A stretch of DNA of 64,000 bases. It comes from Auanema rhodensis (lineage: Eukaryota > Animalia > Nematoda). The translations under genes and the position numbers were made by a program. Location of the stretch: assembly GCA_964057225.1 (NCBI GenBank), contig OZ059898.1:1550001-1614000 (forward strand), read 5' to 3'. How positions within the stretch are numbered: the first letter of the stretch is position 1; each line of letters starts with the position of its first letter. This document shows, piece by piece, positions 11,584 through 25,622 of this stretch. A model generated the notes under the pieces. It searched no databases and was not told the DNA's origin. It saw only the letters and a list, made by a program, of their open reading frames with translations.

Positions 11584-14500
11584 CGCTAGCTTAAAAATGC
11601 ACCGAGATATCAACTGATATAAGTTCAAACTTATATCCTCGATTTTCACCCTGAAGATTTAATTTTTTCGTTGAATAACATTGTCCATCGTCTTTGCCTT
11701 AAAAAATGGAATCTAAAAACATCTACTTTTTGCTAAATTATTTTGAAATTTTTCGAAAAAATTTTTGTCAAAATGTTTTTGGAAGCAATGTTGAGTGTAC
11801 ATGGAAACTCAACATACACTAATGCATCATTTTTCAAACGATCATAACTAATTTTTGTATTAAGCGTTTCTCAATGTAGTATAGTGCATTCGATGCGGAT
11901 TTTTAAGCTGCGTCGATCTGTGTTATCAGATTTGCGCTAGCTTAAAAATGCACCGAGATATCAACTGATATAAGTTCACACTTATATCCTCGATTTTCAC
12001 CCTGAAGATTTAATTTTTTCGTTGAATAACATTGTCCATCGTCTTTGCCTTGAAAAATGGAATCTAAAAACATCTACTTTTTGCTAAATTATTTTGAAAT
12101 TTTTCGAAAAAATTTTTGTCAAAATGTTTTTGGAAGCAATGTTGAGTGTACATGGAAACTCAACATACACTAATGCATCATTTTTCAAACGATCATAACT
12201 AATTTTTGTATTAAGCGTTTTTCAATGTAGTATAGTGCATTCGATGCGGATTTTTAAGCTGCGTCGATCTGTGTTATCAGATTTGCGCTAGCTTAAAAAT
12301 GCACCGTGAAATCAACTGATATAAGTTCACACTTATATCCTCGATTTTCACCCTGAAGATTTAATTTTTTCGTTGAATAACATTGTCCATCGTCTTTGCC
12401 TTGAAAAATGGAATCTAAAAACATCTACTTTTTGCTAAATTATTTTGAAATTTTTCGAAAAAATTTTTGTCAAAATGTTTTTGGAAGCAATGTTGAGTGT
12501 ACATGGAAACTCAACATACACTAATGCATCATTTTTCAAACGATCATAACTAATTTTTGTATTAAGCGTTTTTCAATGTAGTATAGTGCATTCGATGCGG
12601 ATTTTTAAGCTGCGTCGATCTGTGTTATCAGATTTGCGCTAGCTTAAAAATGCACCGAGATATCAACTGATATAAGTTCACACATATATCCTCGATTTTC
12701 ACCCTGAAGAATTAATTTTTTTGTTGAATAACATTGTCCATCGTCTTTGCCTTGAAAAAAGGAATCTAAAAACATCTACTTTTTGCTAAATTATTTTGAA
12801 ATTTTTCGAAAAAATTTTTGTCAAAATGTTTTTGGAAGCAATGTTGAGTGTACATGGAAACTCAACATACACTAATGCATCATTTTTCAAACGATCATAA
12901 CTAATTTTTGTATTAAGCGTTTCTCAAAGTAGTATAGTGCATTCGATGCGGATTTTTAAGCTGCGTCGATCTGTGTTATCAGATTTGCGCTAGCTTAAAA
13001 ATGCACCGAGATATCAACTGATATAAGTTCACACTTATATCCTCGATTTTCACCCTGAAGATTTAATTTTTTCGTTGAATAACATTGTCCATCGTCTTTG
13101 CCTTGAAAAATGGAATCTAAAAACATCTACTTTTTGCTAAATTATTTTGAAATTTTTCGAAAAAATTTTTGTCAAAATGTTTTTGGAAGCAATGTTGAGT
13201 GTACATGGAAACTCAACATACACTAATGCATCATTTTTCAAACGATCATAACTAATTTTTGTATTAAGCGTTTCTCAATGTAGTATAGTGCATTCGATGC
13301 GGATTTTTAAGCTGCGTCGATCTGTGTTATCAGATTTGCGCTAGCTTAAAAATGCACCGAGATATCAACTGATATAAGTTCACACTTATATCCTCGATTT
13401 TCACCCTGAAGAATTAATTTTTTTGTTGAATAACACTGTCCATCGTCTTTGCCTTGAAAAATGGAATCTAAAAACATCTACTTTTTGCTAAACTATTTTG
13501 AAATTTTTCGAAAAAATTTTTGTCAAAATGTTTTTGGAAGCAATGTTGAGTGTACATGGAAACTCAACATACACTAATGCATCATTTTTCAAACGATCAT
13601 AACTAATTTTTGTATTGAGCGTTTCTCAAAGTAGTATAGTGCATTCGATGCGGATTTTTAAGCTGCGTCGATCTGTGTTATCAGATTTGCGCTAGCTTAA
13701 AAATGCACCGAGATATCAACTGATATAAGTTCACACTTATATCCTCGATTTTCACCCTGAAGAATTAATTTTTTCGTTGAATAACATTGTCCATCGTCTT
13801 TGCCTTGAAAAAAGGAATTCAAAAACATCTACTTTTTGCTAAATTATTTTGAAATTTTCTGAAAAAATTTTTGTCAAAATGTTTTTGGAAGCAATGTTGA
13901 GTGTACATGGAAACTCAACATACACTAATGCATCATTTTTCAAACGATCATAACTAATTTTTGTATTAAGCGTTTCTCAATGTAGTATAGTGCATTCGAT
14001 GCGGATTTTTAAGCTGCGTCGATCTGTGTTATCAAATTTGCGCTAGCTTAAAAATGCACCGAGATATCAACTGATATAAGTTCACACTTATATCCTCGAT
14101 TTTCACCCTGAAGATTTAATTTTTTCGTTGAATAACATTGTCCATCGTCTTTGCCTTGAAAAATGGAATCTAAAAACATCTACTTTTTGCTAAATTATTT
14201 TGAAATTTTTCGAAAAAATTTTTGTCAAAATGTTTTTGGAAGCAATGTTGAGTGTACATGGAAACTCAACATACACTAATGCATCATTTTTCAAACGATC
14301 ATAACTAATTTTTGTATTAAGCGTTTCTCAATGTAGTATAGTGCATTCGATGCGGATTTTTAAGCTGCGTCGATCTGTGTTATCAGATTTGCGCTAGCTT
14401 AAAAATGCACCGAGATATCAACTGATATAAGTTCACACTTATATCCTCGATTTTCACCCTGAAGAATTAATTTTTTTGTTGAATAACATTGTCCATCGTC

Positions 14501-17500
14501 TTTGCCTTGAAAAAAGGAATCTAAAAACATCTACTTTTTGCTAAATTATTTAGAAATTTTTCGAAAAAATTTTTGTCAAAATGTTTTTGGAAGCAATGTT
14601 GAGTGTACATGGAAACTCAACATACACTAATGCATCATTTTTCAAACGATCATAACTAATTTTTGTATTAAGCGTTTCTCAATGTAGTATAGTGCATTCG
14701 ATGCGGATTTTTAAGCTGCGTCGATCTGTGTTATCAGATTTGCGCTAGCTTAAAAATGCACCGTGAAATCAACTGATATAAGTTCACACTTATATCCTCG
14801 ATTTTCACCCTGAAGAATTAATTTTTTCGTTGAATAACATTGTCCATCGTCTTTGCCTTGAAAAAAGGAATCTAAAAACATCTACTTTTTGCTAAATTAT
14901 TTTGAAATTTTCTGAAAAAATTTTTGTCAAAATGTTTTTGGAAGCAATGTTGAGTGTACATGGAAACTCAACATACACTAATGCATCATTTTTCAAACGA
15001 TCATAACTAATTTTTGTATTAAGCGTTTCTCAATGTAGTATAGTGCATTCGATGCGGATTTTTAAGCTGCGTCGATCTGTGTTATCAGATTTGCGCTAGC
15101 TTAAAAATGCACCGAGATATCAACTGATATAAGTTCACACTTATATCCTCGATTTTCACCCTGAAGAATTAATTTTTTTGTTGAATAACATTGTCCATCG
15201 TCTTTGCCTTGAAAAAAGGAATCTAAAAACATCTACTTTTTGCTAAATTATTTAGAAATTTTTCGAAAAAATTTTTGTCAAAATGTTTTTGGAAGCAATG
15301 TTGAGTGTACATGGAAACTCAACATACACTAATGCATCATTTTTCAAACGATCATAACTAATTTTTGTATTAAGCGTTTCTCAATGTAGTATAGTGCATT
15401 CGATGCGGATTTTTAAGCTGCGTCGATCTGTGTTATCAGATTTGCGCTAGCTTAAAAATGCACCGTGAAATCAACTGATATAAGTTCACACTTATATCCT
15501 CGATTTTCACCCTGAAGATTTAATTTTTTCGTTGAATAACATTGTCCATCGTCTTTGCCTTGAAAAATGGAATCTAAAAACATCTACTTTTTGTTAAATT
15601 ATTTTGAAATTTTTCGAAAAAATTTTTGTCAAAATGTTTTTGGAAGCAATGTTGAGTGTACATGGAAACTCAACATACACTAATGCATCATTTTTCAAAC
15701 GATCATAACTAATTTTTGTATTAAGCGTTTCTCAATGTAGTATAGTGCATTCGATGCGGATTTTTAAGCTGCGTCGATCTGTGTTATCAAATTTGCGCTA
15801 GCTTAAAAATGCACCGAGATATCAACTGATATAAGTTCACACTTATATCCTCGATTTTCACCCTGAAGATTTAATTTTTTCGTTGAATAACATTGTCCAT
15901 CGTCTTTGCCTTGAAAAATGGAATCTAAAAACATCTACTTTTTGCTAAATTATTTTGAAATTTTTCGAAAAAATTTTTGTCAAAATGTTTTTGGAAGCAA
16001 TGTTGAGTGTACATGGAAACTCAACATACACTAATGCATCATTTTTCAAACGATCATAACTAATTTTTGTATTAAGCGTTTCTCAATGTAGTATAGTGCA
16101 TTCGATGCGGATTTTTAAGCTGCGTCGATCTGTGTTATCAGATTTGCGCTAGCTTAAAAATGCACCGTGAAATCAACTGATATAAGTTCACACTTATATC
16201 CTCGATTTTCACCCTGAAGAATTAATTTTTTCGTTGAATAACATTGTCCATCGTCTTTGCCTTGAAAGAAGGAATCTAAAAACATCTACTTTTTGCTAAA
16301 TTATTTTGAAATTTTCTGAAAAAATTTTTGTCAAAATGTTTTTGGAAGCAATGTTGAGTGTACATGGAAACTCAACATACACTAATGCATCATTTTTCAA
16401 ACGATCATAACTAATTTTTGTATTAAGCGTTTCTCAATGTAGTATAGTGCATTCGATGCGGATTTTTAAGCTGCGTCGATCTGTGTTATCAGATTTGCGC
16501 TAGCTTAAAAATGCACCGAGATATCAACTGATATAAGTTCACACTTATATCCTCGATTTTCACCCTGAAGAATTAATTTTTTTGTTGAATAACATTGTCC
16601 ATCGTCTTTGCCTTGAAAAAAGGAATCTAAAAACATCTACTTTTTGCTAAATTATTTAGAAATTTTTCGAAAAAATTTTTGTCAAAATGTTTTTGGAAGC
16701 AATGTTGAGTGTACATGGAAACTCAACATACACTAATGCATCATTTTTCAAACGATCATAACTAATTTTTGTATTAAGCGTTTCTCAATGTAGTATAGTG
16801 CATTCGATGCGGATTTTTAAGCTGCGTCGATCTGTGTTATCAGATTTGCGCTAGCTTAAAAATGCACCGTGAAATCAACTGATATAAGTTCACACTTATA
16901 TCCTCGATTTTCACCCTGAAGATTTAATTTTTTCGTTGAATAACATTGTCCATCGTCTTTGCCTTGAAAAATGGAATCTAAAAACATCTACTTTTTGCTA
17001 AATTATTTTGAAATTTTTCGAAAAAATTTTTGTCAAAATGTTTTTGGAAGCAATGTTGAGTGTACATGGAAACTCAACATACACTAATGCATCATTTTTC
17101 AAACGATCATAACTAATTTTTGTATTAAGCGTTTCTCAATGTAGTATAGTGCATTCGATGCGGATTTTTAAGCTGCGTCGATCTGTGTTATCAGATTTGC
17201 GCTAGCTTAAAAATGCACCGAGATATCAACTGATATAAGTTCACACTTATATCCTCGATTTTCACCCTGAAGAATTAATTTTTTTGTTGAATAACATTGT
17301 CCATCGTCTTTGCCTTGAAAAAAGGAATCTAAAAACATCTACTTTTTGCTAAATTATTTAGAAATTTTTCGAAAAAATTTTTGTCAAAATGTTTTTGGAA
17401 GCAATGTTGAGTGTACATGGAAACTCAACATACACTAATGCATCATTTTTCAAACGATCATAACTAATTTTTGTATTAAGCGTTTCTCAATGTAGTATAG

Positions 17501-20500
17501 TGCATTCGATGCGGATTTTTAAGCTGCGTCGATCTGTGTTATCAGATTTGCGCTAGCTTAAAAATGCACCGTGAAATCAACTGATATAAGTTCACACTTA
17601 TATCCTCGATTTTCACCCTGAAGAATTAATTTTTTCGTTGAATAACATTGTCCATCGTCTTTGCCTTGAAAAAAGGAATCTAAAAACATCTACTTTTTGC
17701 TAAATTATTTTGAAATTTTCTGAAAAAATTTTTGTCAAAATGTTTTTGGAAGCAATGTTGAGTGTACATGGAAACTCAACATACACTAATGCATCATTTT
17801 TCAAACGATCATAACTAATTTTTGTATTAAGCGTTTCTCAATGTAGTATAGTGCATTCGATGCGGATTTTTAAGCTGCGTCGATCTGTGTTATCAGATTT
17901 GCGCTAGCTTAAAAATGCACCGAGATATCAACTGATATAAGTTCACACTTATATCCTCGATTTTCACCCTGAAGAATTAATTTTTTTGTTGAATAACATT
18001 GTCCATCGTCTTTGCCTTGAAAAAAGGAATCTAAAAACATCTACTTTTTGCTAAATTATTTAGAAATTTTTCGAAAAAATTTTTGTCAAAATGTTTTTGG
18101 AAGCAATGTTGAGTGTACATGGAAACTCAACATACACTAATGCATCATTTTTCAAACGATCATAACTAATTTTTGTATTAAGCGTTTCTCAATGTAGTAT
18201 AGTGCATTCGATGCGGATTTTTAAGCTGCGTCGATCTGTGTTATCAGATTTGCGCTAGCTTAAAAATGCACCGTGAAATCAACTGATATAAGTTCACACT
18301 TATATCCTCGATTTTCACCCTGAAGAATTAATTTTTTCGTTGAATAACATTGTCCATCGTCTTTGCCTTGAAAAAAGGAATCTAAAAACATCTACTTTTT
18401 GCTAAATTATTTTGAAATTTTCTGAAAAAATTTTTGTCAAAATGTTTTTGGAAGCAATGTTGAGTGTACATGGAAACTCAACATACACTAATGCATCATT
18501 TTTCAAACGATCATAACTAATTTTTGTATTAAGCGTTTCTCAATGTAGTATAGTGCATTCGATGCGGATTTTTAAGCTGCGTCGATCTGTGTTATCAGAT
18601 TTGCGCTAGCTTAAAAATGCACCGTGAAATCAACTGATATAAGTTCACACTTATATCCTCGATTTTCACCCTGAAGAATTAATTTTTTCGTTGAATAACA
18701 TTGTCCATCGTCTTTGCCTTGAAAAAAGGAATCTAAAAACATCTACTTTTTGCTAAATTATTTTGAAATTTTCTGAAAAAATTTTTGTCAAAATGTTTTT
18801 GGAAGCAATGTTGAGTGTACATGGAAACTCAACATACACTAATGCATCATTTTTCAAACGATCATAACTAATTTTTGTATTAAGCGTTTCTCAATGTAGT
18901 ATAGTGCATTCGATGCGGATTTTTAAGCTGCGTCGATCTGTGTTATCAGATTTGCGCTAGCTTAAAAATGCACCGAGATATCAACTGATATAAGTTCACA
19001 CTTATATCCTCGATTTTCACCCTGAAGAATTAATTTTTTTGTTGAATAACATTGTCCATCGTCTTTGCCTTGAAAAAAGGAATCTAAAAACATCTACTTT
19101 TTGCTAAATTATTTAGAAATTTTTCGAAAAAATTTTTGTCAAAATGTTTTTGGAAGCAATGTTGAGTGTACATGGAAACTCAACATACACTAATGCATCA
19201 TTTTTCAAACGATCATAACTAATTTTTGTATTAAGCGTTTCTCAATGTAGTATAGTGCATTCGATGCGGATTTTTAAGCTGCGTCGATCTGTGTTATCAG
19301 ATTTGCGCTAGCTTAAAAATGCACCGTGAAATCAACTGATATAAGTTCACACTTATATCCTCGATTTTCACCCTGAAGAATTAATTTTTTCGTTGAATAA
19401 CATTGTCCATCGTCTTTGCCTTGAAAAAAGGAATCTAAAAACATCTACTTTTTGCTAAATTATTTTGAAATTTTCTGAAAAAATTTTTGTCAAAATGTTT
19501 TTGGAAGCAATGTTGAGTGTACATGGAAACTCAACATACACTAATGCATCATTTTTCAAACGATCATAACTAATTTTTGTATTAAGCGTTTCTCAATGTA
19601 GTATAGTGCATTCGATGCGGATTTTTAAGCTGCGTCGATCTGTGTTATCAGATTTGCGCTAGCTTAAAAATGCACCGAGATATCAACTGATATAAGTTCA
19701 CACATATATCCTCGATTTTCACCCTGAAGAATTAATTTTTTTGTTGAATAACATTGTCCATCGTCTTTGCCTTGAAAAAAGGAATCTAAAAACATCTACT
19801 TTTTGCTAAATTAATTTGAAATTTTTCGAAAAAATTTTTGTAAAAATGTTTTTGGAAGCAATGTTGAGTGTACATGGAAACTCAACATACACTAATGCAT
19901 CATTTTTCAAACGATCATAACTAATTTTTGTATTAAGCGTTTCTCAAAGTAGTATAGTGCATTCGATGCGGATTTTTAAGCTGCGTCGATCTGTGTTATC
20001 AGATTTGCGCTAGCTTAAAAATGCACCGAGATATCAACTGATATAAGTTCACACTTATATCCTCGATTTTCACCCTGAAGATTTAATTTTTTCGTTGAAT
20101 AACATTGTCCATCGTCTTTGCCTTGAAAAATGGAATCTAAAAACATCTACTTTTTGCTAAATTATTTTGAAATTTTTCGAAAAAATTTTTGTCAAAATGT
20201 TTTTGGAAGCAATGTTGAGTGTACATGGAAACTCAACATACACTAATGCATCATTTTTCAAACGATCATAACTAATTTTTGTATTAAGCGTTTCTCAATG
20301 TAGTATAGTGCATTCGATGCGGATTTTTAAGCTGCGTCGATCTGTGTTATCAGATTTGCGCTAGCTTAAAAATGCACCGAGATATCAACTGATATAAGTT
20401 CACACTTATATCCTCGATTTTCACCCTGAAGAATTAATTTTTTTGTTGAATAACACTGTCCATCGTCTTTGCCTTGAAAAATGGAATCTAAAAACATCTA

Positions 20501-23500
20501 CTTTTTGCTAAACTATTTTGAAATTTTTCGAAAAAATTTTTGTCAAAATGTTTTTGGAAGCAATGTTGAGTGTACATGGAAACTCAACATACACTAATGC
20601 ATCATTTTTCAAACGATCATAACTAATTTTTGTATTGAGCGTTTCTCAAAGTAGTATAGTGCATTCGATGCGGATTTTTAAGCTGCGTCGATCTGTGTTA
20701 TCAGATTTGCGCTAGCTTAAAAATGCACCGAGATATCAACTGATATAAGTTCACACTTATATCCTCGATTTTCACCCTGAAGAATTAATTTTTTCGTTGA
20801 ATAACATTGTCCATCGTCTTTGCCTTGAAAAAAGGAATTCAAAAACATCTACTTTTTGCTAAATTATTTTGAAATTTTCTGAAAAAATTTTTGTCAAAAT
20901 GTTTTTGGAAGCAATGTTGAGTGTACATGGAAACTCAACATACACTAATGCATCATTTTTCAAACGATCATAACTAATTTTTGTATTAAGCGTTTCTCAA
21001 TGTAGTATAGTGCATTCGATGCGGATTTTTAAGCTGCGTCGATCTGTGTTATCAAATTTGCGCTAGCTTAAAAATGCACCGAGATATCAACTGATATAAG
21101 TTCACACTTATATCCTCGATTTTCACCCTGAAGATTTAATTTTTTCGTTGAATAACATTGTCCATCGTCTTTGCCTTGAAAAATGGAATCTAAAAACATC
21201 TACTTTTTGCTAAATTATTTTGAAATTTTTCGAAAAAATTTTTGTCAAAATGTTTTTGGAAGCAATGTTGAGTGTACATGGAAACTCAACATACACTAAT
21301 GCATCATTTTTCAAACGATCATAACTAATTTTTGTATTAAGCGTTTCTCAATGTAGTATAGTGCATTCGATGCGGATTTTTAAGCTGCGTCGATCTGTGT
21401 TATCAGATTTGCGCTAGCTTAAAAATGCACCGAGATATCAACTGATATAAGTTCACACTTATATCCTCGATTTTCACCCTGAAGAATTAATTTTTTTGTT
21501 GAATAACATTGTCCATCGTCTTTGCCTTGAAAAAAGGAATCTAAAAACATCTACTTTTTGCTAAATTATTTAGAAATTTTTCGAAAAAATTTTTGTCAAA
21601 ATGTTTTTGGAAGCAATGTTGAGTGTACATGGAAACTCAACATACACTAATGCATCATTTTTCAAACGATCATAACTAATTTTTGTATTAAGCGTTTCTC
21701 AATGTAGTATAGTGCATTCGATGCGGATTTTTAAGCTGCGTCGATCTGTGTTATCAGATTTGCGCTAGCTTAAAAATGCACCGTGAAATCAACTGATATA
21801 AGTTCACACTTATATCCTCGATTTTCACCCTGAAGAATTAATTTTTTCGTTGAATAACATTGTCCATCGTCTTTGCCTTGAAAAAAGGAATCTAAAAACA
21901 TCTACTTTTTGCTAAATTATTTTGAAATTTTCTGAAAAAATTTTTGTCAAAATGTTTTTGGAAGCAATGTTGAGTGTACATGGAAACTCAACATACACTA
22001 ATGCATCATTTTTCAAACGATCATAACTAATTTTTGTATTAAGCGTTTCTCAATGTAGTATAGTGCATTCGATGCGGATTTTTAAGCTGCGTCGATCTGT
22101 GTTATCAGATTTGCGCTAGCTTAAAAATGCACCGAGATATCAACTGATATAAGTTCACACTTATATCCTCGATTTTCACCCTGAAGAATTAATTTTTTTG
22201 TTGAATAACATTGTCCATCGTCTTTGCCTTGAAAAAAGGAATCTAAAAACATCTACTTTTTGCTAAATTATTTAGAAATTTTTCGAAAAAATTTTTGTCA
22301 AAATGTTTTTGGAAGCAATGTTGAGTGTACATGGAAACTCAACATACACTAATGCATCATTTTTCAAACGATCATAACTAATTTTTGTATTAAGCGTTTC
22401 TCAATGTAGTATAGTGCATTCGATGCGGATTTTTAAGCTGCGTCGATCTGTGTTATCAGATTTGCGCTAGCTTAAAAATGCACCGTGAAATCAACTGATA
22501 TAAGTTCACACTTATATCCTCGATTTTCACCCTGAAGATTTAATTTTTTCGTTGAATAACATTGTCCATCGTCTTTGCCTTGAAAAATGGAATCTAAAAA
22601 CATCTACTTTTTGTTAAATTATTTTGAAATTTTTCGAAAAAATTTTTGTCAAAATGTTTTTGGAAGCAATGTTGAGTGTACATGGAAACTCAACATACAC
22701 TAATGCATCATTTTTCAAACGATCATAACTAATTTTTGTATTAAGCGTTTCTCAATGTAGTATAGTGCATTCGATGCGGATTTTTAAGCTGCGTCGATCT
22801 GTGTTATCAAATTTGCGCTAGCTTAAAAATGCACCGAGATATCAACTGATATAAGTTCACACTTATATCCTCGATTTTCACCCTGAAGATTTAATTTTTT
22901 CGTTGAATAACATTGTCCATCGTCTTTGCCTTGAAAAAAGGAATCTAAAAACATCTACTTTTTGCTAAATTATTTTGAAATTTTCTGAAAAAATTTTTGT
23001 CAAAATGTTTTTGGAAGCAATGTTGAGTGTACATGGAAACTCAACATACACTAATGCATCATTTTTCAAACGATCATAACTAATTTTTGTATTAAGCGTT
23101 TCTCAATGTAGTATAGTGCATTCGATGCGGATTTTTAAGCTGCGTCGATCTGTGTTATCAGATTTGCGCTAGCTTAAAAATGCACCGAGATATCAACTGA
23201 TATAAGTTCACACTTATATCCTCGATTTTCACCCTGAAGAATTAATTTTTTTGTTGAATAACATTGTCCATCGTCTTTGCCTTGAAAAAAGGAATCTAAA
23301 AACATCTACTTTTTGCTAAATTATTTAGAAATTTTTCGAAAAAATTTTTGTCAAAATGTTTTTGGAAGCAATGTTGAGTGTACATGGAAACTCAACATAC
23401 ACTAATGCATCATTTTTCAAACGATCATAACTAATTTTTGTATTAAGCGTTTCTCAATGTAGTATAGTGCATTCGATGCGGATTTTTAAGCTGCGTCGAT

Positions 23501-25622
23501 CTGTGTTATCAGATTTGCGCTAGCTTAAAAATGCACCGTGAAATCAACTGATATAAGTTCACACTTATATCCTCGATTTTCACCCTGAAGATTTAATTTT
23601 TTCGTTGAATAACATTGTCCATCGTCTTTGCCTTGAAAAATGGAATCTAAAAACATCTACTTTTTGCTAAATTATTTTGAAATTTTTCGAAAAAATTTTT
23701 GTCAAAATGTTTTTGGAAGCAATGTTGAGTGTACATGGAAACTCAACATACACTAATGCATCATTTTTCAAACGATCATAACTAATTTTTGTATTAAGCG
23801 TTTCTCAATGTAGTATAGTGCATTCGATGCGGATTTTTAAGCTGCGTCGATCTGTGTTATCAGATTTGCGCTAGCTTAAAAATGCACCGAGATATCAACT
23901 GATATAAGTTCACACTTATATCCTCGATTTTCACCCTGAAGAATTAATTTTTTTGTTGAATAACATTGTCCATCGTCTTTGCCTTGAAAAAAGGAATCTA
24001 AAAACATCTACTTTTTGCTAAATTATTTAGAAATTTTTCGAAAAAATTTTTGTCAAAATGTTTTTGGAAGCAATGTTGAGTGTACATGGAAACTCAACAT
24101 ACACTAATGCATCATTTTTCAAACGATCATAACTAATTTTTGTATTAAGCGTTTCTCAATGTAGTATAGTGCATTCGATGCGGATTTTTAAGCTGCGTCG
24201 ATCTGTGTTATCAGATTTGCGCTAGCTTAAAAATGCACCGTGAAATCAACTGATATAAGTTCACACTTATATCCTCGATTTTCACCCTGAAGAATTAATT
24301 TTTTCGTTGAATAACATTGTCCATCGTCTTTGCCTTGAAAAAAGGAATCTAAAAACATCTACTTTTTGCTAAATTATTTTGAAATTTTCTGAAAAATTTT
24401 TGTCAAAATGTTTTTGGAAGCAATGTTGAGTGTACATGGAAACTCAACATACACTAATGCATCATTTTTCAAACGATCATAACTAATTTTTGTATTAAGC
24501 GTTTCTCAATGTAGTATAGTGCATTCGATGCGGATTTTTAAGCTGCGTCGATCTGTGTTATCAGATTTGCGCTAGCTTAAAAATGCACCGAGATATCAAC
24601 TGATATAAGTTCACACTTATATCCTCGATTTTCACCCTGAAGAATTAATTTTTTTGTTGAATAACATTGTCCATCGTCTTTGCCTTGAAAAAAGGAATCT
24701 AAAAACATCTACTTTTTGCTAAATTATTTAGAAATTTTTCGAAAAAATTTTTGTCAAAATGTTTTTGGAAGCAATGTTGAGTGTACATGGAAACTCAACA
24801 TACACTAATGCATCATTTTTCAAACGATCATAACTAATTTTTGTATTAAGCGTTTCTCAATGTAGTATAGTGCATTCGATGCGGATTTTTAAGCTGCGTC
24901 GATCTGTGTTATCAGATTTGCGCTAGCTTAAAAATGCACCGTGAAATCAACTGATATAAGTTCACACTTATATCCTCGATTTTCACCCTGAAGAATTAAT
25001 TTTTTCGTTGAATAACATTGTCCATCGTCTTTGCCTTGAAAAAAGGAATCTAAAAACATCTACTTTTTGCTAAATTATTTTGAAATTTTCTGAAAAAATT
25101 TTTGTCAAAATGTTTTTGGAAGCAATGTTGAGTGTACATGGAAACTCAACATACACTAATGCATCATTTTTCAAACGATCATAACTAATTTTTGTATTAA
25201 GCGTTTCTCAATGTAGTATAGTGCATTCGATGCGGATTTTTAAGCTGCGTCGATCTGTGTTATCAGATTTGCGCTAGCTTAAAAATGCACCGTGAAATCA
25301 ACTGATATAAGTTCACACTTATATCCTCGATTTTCACCCTGAAGAATTAATTTTTTCGTTGAATAACATTGTCCATCGTCTTTGCCTTGAAAAAAGGAAT
25401 CTAAAAACATCTACTTTTTGCTAAATTATTTTGAAATTTTCTGAAAAAATTTTTGTCAAAATGTTTTTGGAAGCAATGTTGAGTGTACATGGAAACTCAA
25501 CATACACTAATGCATCATTTTTCAAACGATCATAACTAATTTTTGTATTAAGCGTTTCTCAATGTAGTATAGTGCATTCGATGCGGATTTTTAAGCTGCG
25601 TCGATCTGTGTTATCAGATTTG

